The translations under genes were made by a program, and so were the position numbers. The notes under the pieces were generated by a model. That model ran no database searches, was not told the DNA's origin, and worked only from the letters and a program-made list of their open reading frames with translations. This document shows, in pieces, positions 55,112 through 64,000 of a stretch of DNA of 64,000 nt. The stretch is from an uncultured Bradymonadales bacterium (GTDB lineage: Bacteria; Myxococcota_A; Bradymonadia; Bradymonadales; Bradymonadaceae): positions 5,566-69,565 of the forward strand of contig CAYPJU010000014.1 in assembly GCA_964411125.1 (NCBI GenBank), read 5' to 3'. Within the stretch, counting starts at the first letter, position 1, and each line of letters begins with the position of its first letter.

Positions 55112-56788
55112 ATGTTCGCGATGAAGAATCGACTGTATCTGTGCGCCCTCGCGGCGATCGCCTGGGGCTGCGGCCCGTCCGAGCCCGCCGATGGTCCCGA
55201 CGAGGACCCGATCGTCATCATCGGGGAAGAGAACAACGGCGACACGACCCCCCAGCCAGACTCAGGTCCCGTGACGGCGCCCGATTTGGGTGGGGACGCG
55301 GACTCCGGTTCCGAACCCGACATGGGCAGCATGGTGGACATGGCGACGCCCGACGGCGGGGATCCGGTCGATCCGGACATGGGGGTGCCGCCCGACATGA
55401 ACATGGGGCCCGACCTCCCCTACGCGGTGCCGCCCGAGCGGTGGCAGCGACAGCCGTCCGTGACCCACGACGTCGACGCGGATCTCGACGCCGTACTCGA
55501 GTACAGCCGCCTGCAGGGTGCGTGCGACGACTGGAACGCCGGGATCCGTGACGACACGACGAAGTTGTTGTGCGGAAAATGGATGTTCTTCTACGAGACG
55601 TTCGACACGGCGGGGGTCCCACTGCCGATCCTCGAATTCGCGCAGCGCTGGTACACGTCCTACTACGGCGTCGGGTTCGACAAGTTCGGGTTCATTCCCG
55701 ATCCGAACAGCACCGAAGGGATGCCGATCGGGCTCGCCCCCACCACGGCGATGCTCGGGTCGGTAGAGACGCGGGCCTTCACGTGCGCGAGTTGTCACTT
55801 CGGGCAGATGCAGGACGGGCGATACGCGGTCGGTTACGGCAACATGAACCTCGATTACGGGCGGTTCCTCGCCGGGCTCGGAGCTCCGCTCGCGATGTCG
55901 CTGGACGAGAATTCGGCGAGCGTCCACCCCGACCTCCGCGCGGAGCTGCTGCCGCACGTCCAGGCCGCCAAACAGAATCCACTCTACCAGCTCTCCGCGG
56001 GGCAGACGGGGCTGGAGTTACTCGGCAGCGGCGCCGGACCGGGCAGTGGGCCGTCGATCGACGACCAGGAAAAGTTCATGGCGTCGAGGCGTGGCACGAT
56101 GGATTTCCTCACCGAACCGATCATCGACGACGGCGTCTGGACGATCAGCCGAATCCTGCCGCTGTGGAACCTTCCCGACGACACGCTTCGTGCGGCGGCC
56201 GGGATGCCGCACGAGATGCTGTCGTGGACGGGGGGCTCGATGAGCCTCGAGAAGTTCCTCCTCGGGTTCGCACGCCTCGGCCTCGCCCAGCAGGACATCG
56301 CCGAGGCGACGGAGCGCAACAAGCCGCTCGCTGCCTACATCCGTTCGCTGCAGGTCCCCGAGCGTCTGATCACGATCGACCAGGCGGCTGCGACCCGCGG
56401 CGCCCAGGCGTTCGTCGACGAGGGTTGCGCGGCGTGTCACTCGGGCCCGAGCGGCGAGAGCTCCGTCGCCTACTCGTACACGGAGCTCGGCGTCGACTCT
56501 GCGATGGACCAGATCTTCAATCCCGACGCGAACGACCAGCTCTGCTGTGGATTCCCCAACGACGACTACGAAGTGACGCACGGCATCAAAGCGCCGCGCA
56601 TCATGGGGGTGGAGAACCAGACGAAGTGGCTGCACAACGGGTCGGTCGATTCTCTGGAACAGCTCTTCTGTCTTCAGCCGCGGGTCGTCGACAACCGCGA
56701 GGCGATGGGGAGCGAGGGGCACGAGTACGGGTGCGACCTCGGTGAAGCGAAGCGTCGAGACCTCATCGAGTACTTGAGGACGCTATGA
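55112..56788 (+). CDS. di-haem cytochrome c peroxidase-family (MauG/MbnH/CCP-like) lipoprotein
   Basis: 558 aa. The lipobox-like signal is LCALAAIAWGC. A low-complexity D/P/M/G linker follows. Two CxxCH haem motifs are present (CASCH, CAACH). The distal block KAPRIMGVENQTKWLHNGSVDSLEQLF is typical of the CCP family. Confidence 0.7.
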   Translation: MFAMKNRLYLCALAAIAWGCGPSEPADGPDEDPIVIIGEENNGDTTPQPDSGPVTAPDLGGDADSGSEPDMGSMVDMATPDGGDPVDPDMGVPPDMNMGPDLPYAVPPERWQRQPSVTHDVDADLDAVLEYSRLQGACDDWNAGIRDDTTKLLCGKWMFFYETFDTAGVPLPILEFAQRWYTSYYGVGFDKFGFIPDPNSTEGMPIGLAPTTAMLGSVETRAFTCASCHFGQMQDGRYAVGYGNMNLDYGRFLAGLGAPLAMSLDENSASVHPDLRAELLPHVQAAKQNPLYQLSAGQTGLELLGSGAGPGSGPSIDDQEKFMASRRGTMDFLTEPIIDDGVWTISRILPLWNLPDDTLRAAAGMPHEMLSWTGGSMSLEKFLLGFARLGLAQQDIAEATERNKPLAAYIRSLQVPERLITIDQAAATRGAQAFVDEGCAACHSGPSGESSVAYSYTELGVDSAMDQIFNPDANDQLCCGFPNDDYEVTHGIKAPRIMGVENQTKWLHNGSVDSLEQLFCLQPRVVDNREAMGSEGHEYGCDLGEAKRRDLIEYLRTL

Positions 56789-57456
56789 GGATCGGCGCGC
56801 AGACGCTGGCAATCGCAACGCTGGTGAGCCTCGCGACGGTCGCGGGCGCGGAGGACGCCCGCTCGCCGGCCGCTGCGGTCGCTGCGGCGAGTGCGCCGTC
56901 GGACGGCTGGCGCAGCGTGCGCGAGGTGAAGTTCACCTGGAAGCACGTGCCGAGCGGTAGGGAACGCACCCATGAGTGGGACCGCGTTCGAGATACCGTG
57001 ACCGTCACGACCGACGGGGTGAGCCGAACGGTCTCGGCGTCGGGACGCGATCTCGAGACCCAGGAAGACATCGACGCGCACCGAGCGTTCGTGAACGATT
57101 CGTATTGGCTGCTCTTCGAGCAGTTCATCGCCACGGACCGCGGAGTCGCGGTGAGTGCCGGAGCGCCTTCGAAGGTGCCCGGGCTTCCGTCGGGCCCTAC
57201 CCTGGACACCGTCGTCGTGCAGTATCAGGGGGACGGCGGGTACACTCCTGGCGACCGCTACGTCCTCTATCTCGACCCGAAGTCGGGACGTCCAGCGTGG
57301 TGGGCGTATCATCCGGGCGGCCAGGCAGAGCCGAAGGTCGTGACGTCGCGGCAGGGATGGGGCTCGACGACGTCGACAGGCGTTGCCGTCCCGCTCGTGT
57401 TCAAACGACCGAATGACGAAACCTTCGTCGCGATCCGCCTCCACACGATGCGCTGA
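56785..57456 (+). CDS. secreted hypothetical protein, translationally coupled to the di-haem peroxidase
   Basis: 223 aa. The ATG overlaps the upstream stop (ATGA). The signal peptide is TLAIATLVSLATVAGAED. No family recognised with confidence. Confidence 0.5.
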   Translation: MRIGAQTLAIATLVSLATVAGAEDARSPAAAVAAASAPSDGWRSVREVKFTWKHVPSGRERTHEWDRVRDTVTVTTDGVSRTVSASGRDLETQEDIDAHRAFVNDSYWLLFEQFIATDRGVAVSAGAPSKVPGLPSGPTLDTVVVQYQGDGGYTPGDRYVLYLDPKSGRPAWWAYHPGGQAEPKVVTSRQGWGSTTSTGVAVPLVFKRPNDETFVAIRLHTMR

Positions 57457-57541
57457 GGTCGGGGGGCCACGGGCGCAGTAGACGGGACGACGCTCCTGGA
57501 CGGAGCGACGAGGAAGCCTCGGGGCGACGGCGCTAACGCGG

Positions 57542-57571
57542 TTGACGTCGGCCGGGCTTTGTCGGTACAAA
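57542..57571 (+). promoter_or_regulatory. candidate sigma70-type promoter for nuoGHI (TTGACG-N18-TACAAA)
   Basis: TTGACG lies at 57542-57547 and TACAAA at 57566-57571. This is about 50 nt upstream of ATG 57623. Pattern match only. Confidence 0.3.
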
Positions 57572-57622
57572 CCCGTGCCGTTCCGCGCGCGCGATGCGGA
57601 ATACCTCGAGGAGTACGTTCCG

Positions 57623-59185
57623 ATGCCCACAGTATCGATCAACGGCACGGAGATCGAAGTCGACAAAGGGACGACGATCCTGCGCGCAGCTGCGCAGGCA
57701 GGATACGACGTCCCGCACTTCTGCTATCACCCGGCCCTCTCGATCCCCGCCAACTGTCGCATGTGCCTCGTCGAAGTCGAGGGCATGCCGAAGCTTCAGC
57801 CCGGCTGCTACACGCAGGTCAACGACGGGATGACGATCCACACGAAGTCCGACCGGGTCGTCAAAGCGCAGAAAGCGGTGCTCGAATTCATCCTGCTCAA
57901 CCACCCGGTCGACTGCCCGATCTGCGATCAGGCGGGCGAGTGCAAGCTGCAGGACTACTACGTCGACTACGACGCGCAGGATTCGCGGCAGCGGACCGAG
58001 AAACAGAACAAGGTGAAGGCGTACCCGATCGGGCCCGAAGTGGTCTACGACGGGGAACGCTGCATCCTCTGCACGCGCTGCATTCGGTTCTGCAACGAGG
58101 TGACGGGGACCGAGGAGCTGACGATCGTCGAGCGCGGTGACCGCGCCGAGATTCGGACGTTCCCGGGGCGCGAGCTCGACAACGCCTACTCGATGTGCAC
58201 GGTCGACATCTGCCCGGTCGGTGCGCTCACCGCGCGGGATTTCCGGTTCAAATGCCGCGTCTGGCTGCTGACCTCGACGGACAGCATCTGCACGGGCTGC
58301 TCGAACGGCTGCAACATCCACCTCGACCATTTCCGCAACGAAGTGCAGCGGTACCGCCCGCGCTACAATCCGGAGGTCAACGACTACTGGATGTGCGACG
58401 CCGGTCGCCTCTCGTACAAGCGGATTCACGAGGCACGGATCACCGACCCGATGCTCAACGGCGCCGAGATCTCGTGGCACCGCATCAGCGAGAAGGTCGG
58501 CGACAAGGCGGCGCGTTTCATCAAGGAGGGGGGCCCAGAGCTCGCCTTCGTCGTCTCGCCACAGGCATCCTGCGAAGACCTCTACCTCGCCAAGCGCTTC
58601 GCCGAAGCGCTCGGCACGGACAAGCTCTACATGGGGGGACTACCCTCCGGCGACTCGGACGACTTCCTCATCCGGGCGGACAAGAACCCGAATCGCCGCG
58701 GCGTGGAGATCGTCTTCGGCGGCCTCGATGGCCTCGCCGATTTCGGATCGCTCGTCGACGACCTCGAAGCGGGCAAGATCAAGGGCCTCTGGATGATGGG
58801 CTCGGACACGCCGTGCGACGGCGAGACCCGTGAACGGTTCGTGAAAGCGCTGTCCAAAGTCGAGCTCTTCGTCCTGCAGTCCCCGCACGCGGACGAGCTG
58901 GCCGAGAAGGCTCACGTGGTGTTGCCGGCGTGCTCGCACGCCGAGAAGGCGGGGACGTTCGTGAACGAACACGGGATCGCCCAGCCGTTCTTCCAGGCCT
59001 TCCAGCCTCACGGAGCCTCGCTCCCCGACTGGCAGATCTTCATGAAGATGGCGAACGCGATCGGCAAGCCGATGACCTACACCTTCCTGAGCCAGATTCA
59101 GGACGAGATGTTTCCCGAGCCGGAGCCGGCTCCCGACCCCGGACCTAACCCGCCTCCCCCGGCAGGCGGAGGGAACGCAGAATGA
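57623..59185 (+). CDS. nuoG: NADH-quinone oxidoreductase subunit G, short form
   Basis: 520 aa from ATG 57623. The 2Fe-2S context is HFCYHPALSIPANCRMCLVEVEG. The clusters are HPVDCPICDQAGECKLQD, CILCTRCIRFC and CPVGAL. A CTGCSNGC cluster follows. The molybdopterin-like part is truncated relative to typical NuoG. Confidence 0.85.
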   Translation: MPTVSINGTEIEVDKGTTILRAAAQAGYDVPHFCYHPALSIPANCRMCLVEVEGMPKLQPGCYTQVNDGMTIHTKSDRVVKAQKAVLEFILLNHPVDCPICDQAGECKLQDYYVDYDAQDSRQRTEKQNKVKAYPIGPEVVYDGERCILCTRCIRFCNEVTGTEELTIVERGDRAEIRTFPGRELDNAYSMCTVDICPVGALTARDFRFKCRVWLLTSTDSICTGCSNGCNIHLDHFRNEVQRYRPRYNPEVNDYWMCDAGRLSYKRIHEARITDPMLNGAEISWHRISEKVGDKAARFIKEGGPELAFVVSPQASCEDLYLAKRFAEALGTDKLYMGGLPSGDSDDFLIRADKNPNRRGVEIVFGGLDGLADFGSLVDDLEAGKIKGLWMMGSDTPCDGETRERFVKALSKVELFVLQSPHADELAEKAHVVLPACSHAEKAGTFVNEHGIAQPFFQAFQPHGASLPDWQIFMKMANAIGKPMTYTFLSQIQDEMFPEPEPAPDPGPNPPPPAGGGNAE

Positions 59186-60366
59186 TCGACGCAATTCCAC
59201 CCGAGGTGCTCAAGGCGCTGATCGAGCTGGTCAAGATCACGCTCATCGTCTTCGTGTTCGTCATGGGGCTCGCGAGCCTGATGACGCTGCTCGGTGACCG
59301 CAAGCAGTCCGCTGCGATCCAGAACCGCGTCGGCCCGAACCGCGCGCGCCTGCCGTTCATCGACTCTCCGCTCATCGGCGTTCCGCACTTCATCGCGGAC
59401 GGCATCAAGATGATCTTGAAGGAGAACACGGTCCCGAACGGGGCGAATCGCCGGCTGCATCTCATCGCTCCAGCCCTCGTCTTCATGCCCGCCCTCCTCG
59501 GCTGGGCGGCCGTCCCCTTCATGGACACGTACTGTACGGGCGAGCTTCAGATGGGGCCCGGCTACCGCGAGGTCTGTGTCGGTGGAGAGTGGAAGTATTA
59601 CTTTCAGATCATGAACTTCAACGCCGGGCTGCTCTACGCGTTCGCGATCGCGTCGGTGTCGGTGTACGGCGCCGCCATCGCAGGCTGGGCGTCCAACAAC
59701 AACTTCAGCCTTCTGGGCGGCCTTCGCTCCTCGGCACAGATGATCTCGTACGAGGTCAGCATGGGGCTGAGCCTCGCCGGGATCATCATGATCTTCGGAA
59801 CGCTCGACCTCAACGAGATGGTCCGTCAGCAGGGCTACCTCCTCGGCGGCTGGCTGCCGATGTGGGGCATCGTCGTTCAGCCGCTCGCGTTCTTCATGTT
59901 CTTCCTCGCCGGGATGGCGGAAACCAAGCGCGCGCCGTTCGACTTGCCCGAGGGTGAGTCCGAGATCGTGGCCGGGTACATCACCGAGTATTCCTCGATG
60001 AAGTTCGGCTCGATGCAGCTCGGCGAATACGTCGCGACCGTCTTCATGGCCGCACTGATCGCGGTGCTCTTCCTTGGTGGATGGCAGGCCTCGTTCCCGT
60101 TCCTGTGGAACGCGAACGCGGAAGGTCTGACGTTCCTCCCCTGGCTGACCGACTTCACGATTCCGCTGCCGTACTGGCTGCTGATCCTGATGCGTGTAAT
60201 TTCGATGCTGACCAAGACCGTCATCCTGGTCTGGCTTCAGTTCATGATGCGTTGGACGCTTCCGCGATTCCGCTACGACCAGGTGATGGTGCTCGGCTGG
60301 AAGATTCTTCTTCCGCTGAGCCTCGCCAACCTCGTGGTGACGGCATTCATCGTAGCGATTATCTGA
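59182..60366 (+). CDS. nuoH: NADH-quinone oxidoreductase subunit H
   Basis: 394 aa and polytopic. [17 protein letters not shown]-like [38 protein letters not shown] and EYSSMKF are present. The start overlaps the nuoG stop (ATGA). Confidence 0.95.
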   Translation: MIDAIPPEVLKALIELVKITLIVFVFVMGLASLMTLLGDRKQSAAIQNRVGPNRARLPFIDSPLIGVPHFIADGIKMILKENTVPNGANRRLHLIAPALVFMPALLGWAAVPFMDTYCTGELQMGPGYREVCVGGEWKYYFQIMNFNAGLLYAFAIASVSVYGAAIAGWASNNNFSLLGGLRSSAQMISYEVSMGLSLAGIIMIFGTLDLNEMVRQQGYLLGGWLPMWGIVVQPLAFFMFFLAGMAETKRAPFDLPEGESEIVAGYITEYSSMKFGSMQLGEYVATVFMAALIAVLFLGGWQASFPFLWNANAEGLTFLPWLTDFTIPLPYWLLILMRVISMLTKTVILVWLQFMMRWTLPRFRYDQVMVLGWKILLPLSLANLVVTAFIVAII

Positions 60367-60373
60367 GGAACCG

Positions 60374-60904
60374 ATGGGCAAAGTAGAAGTCAAACCGGTC
60401 GAACGAAAAGACCGCACGTTCTGGGAGCGCACCTACGTCCCCGAGATCGCCAAGGGTCTCGCCGTGACGATGGGGCAGTTCTTCAAGAACCTTCGCCCGA
60501 ATCCGCGCAAGCGCGACACGTTCACGACCCAGTATCCCGAAGAGCAGCGGGTCTACTCGGAGCGCTACCGCGGTCTTCACCGTCTCATGCTGCGCGAGGA
60601 TGGCCAGGTGCGCTGCGTCGCGTGCATGTGCTGCTCGACGATCTGCCCGGCGCGCTGCATTCACATCGAGGCCGCCGAGCACGACGACCCGGACATCGAG
60701 AAGTACCCGTCGGTCTTCGTCATCGACGAGCTCCGCTGCATCGTCTGCGGCCTCTGCGTCGAAGCGTGTCCGTGTGATGCGATTCGAATGGACACCGGCA
60801 TTCATATCCCGGTGTTCGGCGAGCGCGGTGAGGCGTTCCTCGACCGCGACCTCCTGATGGAGCTCGGTACGCTCTCCGTCGCCAAGCAGGGCGGCGAACG
60901 CTAA
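60374..60904 (+). CDS. nuoI: NADH-quinone oxidoreductase subunit I
   Basis: 176 aa. Two 4Fe-4S ferredoxin motifs are present ([12 protein letters not shown] and [12 protein letters not shown]). Confidence 0.9.
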   Translation: MGKVEVKPVERKDRTFWERTYVPEIAKGLAVTMGQFFKNLRPNPRKRDTFTTQYPEEQRVYSERYRGLHRLMLREDGQVRCVACMCCSTICPARCIHIEAAEHDDPDIEKYPSVFVIDELRCIVCGLCVEACPCDAIRMDTGIHIPVFGERGEAFLDRDLLMELGTLSVAKQGGER

Positions 60905-60924
60905 ACCCCTTCTTTCAAAGAATC

Positions 60925-61839
60925 ATGCGAAGAATCGAGGTCGGCCTCGCCGTGTTGCTGGTGGGTGCCGGGCTGCTGAGCCTCGCCCTGCAGCGGTGGG
61001 TATTCGTCGACCCGACCAATGAACGGGATTGGGCGGCAGCGGCCGAGTACGTGCTCCCCGAACTCGGGGATGACGATGTCTTTCGTATCGAGCCCTGGTG
61101 GCAAGAAGCGGCGCTCACTCACTTCACTTCGGCAGGCTCACAGGCCGAGCGAACCCGGACTCCTCTGGTCGAGGATCTATACCCCTACGACACGATCTGG
61201 ATCGTGGCCGAGAACTCTCGCCTCGACGAAGGGATAGCCGCGATCCCGAAAGAGCTCCGGGGGAGCGTGGGCGATACGAAGAGGTTCGGCTCGGTTTCGG
61301 TGGCGCCGGTCGAAGTCGTCGAAAATGTCGTGGAGTGGGAGATGCTCGAGAACCTGGACGAGGTCGAGGTCTCGCGGATCAAGGGGGATGCCGTCGAGAA
61401 GTGCGGCAACTGGAGTGTGTCTTCGCCCCGCTGGGACTGTGGGAGTCGCCAGCGCTGGCTCTACGTGGGCGAAGCGCTCCACGAAGTGGGTGACGAGCCA
61501 CGCCGAACCATCTGGGCGCATCCGCTCGATGGCGGCAGGACGCTTCGCCTCGAGACCGAGGTCCCGGGGGGCGACCTTCTGCGCGTGCGCGCGAGCTTCG
61601 ACCTGCGCGCGGCGAGGCTCCCGCGGACGGGTGAGGTGATGTTGAGGGTGTGGGTGGGGGACGAGCTCGTCGAGCAGCGGCTGATCGAGCACGACGACCA
61701 TAGCTACGCGCCCGTCGACGTGGACATCTCCGACCACCAGCCTCCTGTCCCGCTCCGGATCGAGATCGAGCTGCGAGGGAGCATCAAGGACCGCTTCTTC
61801 TTCGTGAACGCCTGGAGCTTCGCCGCAACGCCGAATTGA
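60925..61839 (+). CDS. hypothetical membrane-anchored protein in the position where nuoJ would be expected
   Basis: 304 aa. The N-terminal TM is VGLAVLLVGAGLLSLAL. No family recognised. It starts 20 nt after nuoI. Confidence 0.5.
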   Translation: MRRIEVGLAVLLVGAGLLSLALQRWVFVDPTNERDWAAAAEYVLPELGDDDVFRIEPWWQEAALTHFTSAGSQAERTRTPLVEDLYPYDTIWIVAENSRLDEGIAAIPKELRGSVGDTKRFGSVSVAPVEVVENVVEWEMLENLDEVEVSRIKGDAVEKCGNWSVSSPRWDCGSRQRWLYVGEALHEVGDEPRRTIWAHPLDGGRTLRLETEVPGGDLLRVRASFDLRAARLPRTGEVMLRVWVGDELVEQRLIEHDDHSYAPVDVDISDHQPPVPLRIEIELRGSIKDRFFFVNAWSFAATPN

Positions 61840-61847
61840 CCCGCCTG

Positions 61848-62429
61848 CTACAGCGCGAGGACGGGGTCGGGGAACAGTTCGGCATGGCCGGTTCCACCAT
61901 CGCGGTACGACGCGGTCCAGAACTCGGCGTCGTCGGTGTACGCGTCCCGGGCGAGCCGAAATCTCGCGACGTCCATCAACCGAACGATCACGGCGTACGG
62001 CACGTCGTCGGCGGCCTTGATCGTGACCGTGGTCTCGTGAGGGTGGGCTGCTTTCAGCGCCGCCAGCTCGTTGTACAACGCCCGCCAGTCGTGCGCCGCG
62101 GCGGCGGCCTCAGGGTCGTCTACCGCCGCTATCTCGCGGGCGCACACCGTCGGGCCCGGCTCCGGGCAGCCGGGCAACGGGCGCAGCACGCCCTCGCGCC
62201 CCGCGATGGTCAGCCCCGCCTCGTCCACCATCACCGTCAGCCCGAGCCCCTCGTCGGGCGGAGACTCGGACGAAGGCCCGGGCGCGAGCTTCGGCGTCGA
62301 GACGTTGACAACCCCCACCTTGAGAAACACGACGGAGAGCAGCAGAAGCGGGATCAGGATGACGACCATGTTCATGATCGGCGCGAGGTTGAGTTCCGTG
62401 TCGGTCTCTGGACGGTTTCTGCGTGGCAT
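61848..62429 (-). CDS. ExbD/TolR-family biopolymer transport protein (extended periplasmic domain)
   Basis: 193 aa from the ATG at residue 40 of the track ORF (coordinate derived from the track). ELNLAPIMNMVVILIPLLLLSVVFL is the family TM/N-terminal signature. The C-terminal VTIKAADDVPYAVIVRLMD is present. Confidence 0.6.
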   Translation of the reverse strand: MPRRNRPETDTELNLAPIMNMVVILIPLLLLSVVFLKVGVVNVSTPKLAPGPSSESPPDEGLGLTVMVDEAGLTIAGREGVLRPLPGCPEPGPTVCAREIAAVDDPEAAAAAHDWRALYNELAALKAAHPHETTVTIKAADDVPYAVIVRLMDVARFRLARDAYTDDAEFWTASYRDGGTGHAELFPDPVLAL

Positions 62430-62577
62430 CGAGCCTCCTGGGGTTTCACGTTCTCCTGTTCCGACAACGGCAGCGTCAGGAAGTTCCGGGAGCGGCAGCA
62501 GCGTGGTGGCGGCGTTTGGGTCTACGCACGCGGAGTTGTTGCGCACCCGGGGGTGCTGGATTAGCCTTCACCGCAGC

Positions 62578-64000
62578 ATGACGGACCAGCCCCGAAAACT
62601 TGGGAAGTACACTCTCCAGCGCCACATCGCGACGGGCGGCATGGCCAAGATCTGGCTCGCGGAGCAGGCGGGGCCCGGCGGGTTCAACAAGGAGCTCGTG
62701 ATCAAGCAAATCCTCCCGCACTTCGCGGACGACGCGCAGTTCACGACGATGTTCCTCGACGAGGCGCGGCTCGCCGCCCAACTTTCCCACCCGAAGATCG
62801 CCCAGATCTACGAGCTCGGCGAGATCGACGCACAGTACTTCATCGCGATGGAGTACATCCCGGGGATCGACCTCGACGTACTCCTGCAAAAGTCGAACGA
62901 CCGCGACGAGCCGATCCCGGTCACCATCGTGTGCAAAGTGATGATGGACGTCCTCGAGGCCCTCGACTACGCGCACGAGTTCACCGACAAGAACGGCCGC
63001 CCCTTCAACCTCGTGCACCGCGACGTGTCGCCCCAGAACGTCCTGATCTCGAACGACGGCATCGTGAAGCTGTGCGACTTCGGCGTTGCCAAAGCGGTCG
63101 CGAACCAGACGAAGACGCAGCCAGGGGCCGTGAAGGGGAAGTTCGCCTACATGGCGCCCGAGCAGATTCAGAACTCCCAGGCGATCGACCGCCGCGCGGA
63201 CATCTTCGCGGCTGGCATCATGTTCTACGAGCTGCTGACGGGCACGAAGCCGTACGGCGACGAGCTCGCCGCGGTGAACAACATCATCGCCGGAACCCAC
63301 GAAGACCCGCGGAGCATTCGGAGCGACGTCCCCGACGAGCTCGTCGCGATCATCGAGAAGGCGCTACAGAAGTCGCCCGATGCTCGCTACCCCGACGCGC
63401 ACTCGATGCTGCGGGACATCGAGTCTTTCCTGCGGGAAGGGGGCGCCTACGTCGGCGACCGCGAGTTGTCCCGATACGTTCGGACGATGCAGGGGTTGCC
63501 GGTCACCCGGCACAGTCAGCCGTCGGTCTCCGTCGAAGGGGAGATGGTCGACCCTCACGACGACACGGGTGAGCAGCCAGTGGCGAAGCGGTCCGAGACC
63601 GCGCAGGTCGCGGCTCCTGCGACCGCACCGAACGACGAGGTGGCCCCCGCGAAGAGCTTCGCGCCGCTCTACGCCGTCTTTGCCCTCGTCATCGTCGGCA
63701 TCGTCGCGGCGCTCGCCTTCATCGCGCTCACGGTGCTCGCACCGCCCGACGAACCCGTTGACGAGCCGAAGAAACAGGTCGAACAACCGGTGGCGCAGCA
63801 GAAACCGAAGGCCAACCCGTCGCTCCTCAAAGCGAGCGGCGGGCGACAGGTCTTCATCCGCACCAAGCCGACCTCGGAGATCTACATGGACGGACAGCTC
63901 GTGGGGGACACGCCGTTCCAGGCATTTCTGATCCCGGGGCAGACGTACCACCTGGAATTTCGCGGTGAGGGGCGGTCGAAGAAGAAGCAGATCGTCATCA
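62578..64000 (+). CDS. Ser/Thr protein kinase with TM segment and PEGA domain (3' end outside window)
   Basis: Frame 1 is open from ATG 62578 to the window end and is not in the ORF track because no stop is reached. My translation gives LVIKQIL, HRDVSPQNVL, DFGVAK and YMAPEQ. The TM is LYAVFALVIVGIVAALAFIALTVL. The PEGA-like segment is VFIRTKPTSEIYMDGQLVGDTPF. Confidence 0.85.
   Translation, partial: MTDQPRKLGKYTLQRHIATGGMAKIWLAEQAGPGGFNKELVIKQILPHFADDAQFTTMFLDEARLAAQLSHPKIAQIYELGEIDAQYFIAMEYIPGIDLDVLLQKSNDRDEPIPVTIVCKVMMDVLEALDYAHEFTDKNGRPFNLVHRDVSPQNVLISNDGIVKLCDFGVAKAVANQTKTQPGAVKGKFAYMAPEQIQNSQAIDRRADIFAAGIMFYELLTGTKPYGDELAAVNNIIAGTHEDPRSIRSDVPDELVAIIEKALQKSPDARYPDAHSMLRDIESFLREGGAYVGDRELSRYVRTMQGLPVTRHSQPSVSVEGEMVDPHDDTGEQPVAKRSETAQVAAPATAPNDEVAPAKSFAPLYAVFALVIVGIVAALAFIALTVLAPPDEPVDEPKKQVEQPVAQQKPKANPSLLKASGGRQVFIRTKPTSEIYMDGQLVGDTPFQAFLIPGQTYHLEFRGEGRSKKKQIVI

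Noticed and set aside
62451-62462. An apparent one-base discrepancy, suggesting a frameshift in the ExbD-like gene, between my manual reading of the printed sequence and the translations in the ORF track.
   Set aside because: Both track ORFs crossing this point (61836-62564 plus and 61848-62546 minus) are internally consistent with each other. The error is therefore most likely in my base counting. I used track-derived coordinates (start 62429) and make no pseudogene claim.

Overview
This is a high-GC, gene-dense chromosomal segment. My hand counts on three 120-nt samples gave 54%, 62% and 69% GC. I call about 53 protein-coding genes and one tRNA-Cys. I see no rRNA, CRISPR array, transposase, integrase or prophage remnant.

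Several signals point to a Myxococcota-type genome: a MYXO-CTERM-like C-terminal sorting tail, a thrombospondin type-3 repeat, three eukaryote-like Ser/Thr kinases (one with a PEGA domain), and Arg/Pro-rich shadow ORFs in every frame.

The backbone is housekeeping: thiL, hrcA-grpE-dnaK-dnaJ, tamB plus an Omp85 partner, lexA, mutL, miaA, hisC, cmk, rpsA, nfo, a Cys/Met-metabolism PLP enzyme, nuoABCD and nuoGHI.

The non-standard items, in my order of interest:
1. A translationally coupled two-component operon (14269-20380) contains a kinase-like protein with a DHp domain but no ATPase domain. It ends in a membrane-anchored second GrpE.
2. The heat-shock operon continues without gaps into a periplasmic binding protein, an M50 site-2 protease, a tail-anchored double zinc-ribbon protein and an orphan egtB.
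3. The complex I genes are split by 8.3 kb. That insert encodes a Tmt1-like methyltransferase, a 1515-aa Cys-rich Zn-phospholipase-C-like protein with a TSP3 repeat and MYXO-CTERM tail, a DksA-like factor, and a di-haem peroxidase coupled to a small secreted protein. No nuoE, nuoF or nuoJ-N lie in the window.
4. A degenerate MGDG-synthase-like domain is fused to a PspA/IM30-like coiled coil next to a flippase-like membrane protein, divergent from hrcA.
5. A Ser/Thr kinase carries an extracytoplasmic esterase-like domain that has lost its nucleophile.

All family assignments are motif recognition by eye. No database search was run. Start codons marked as inferred are less certain than stops.
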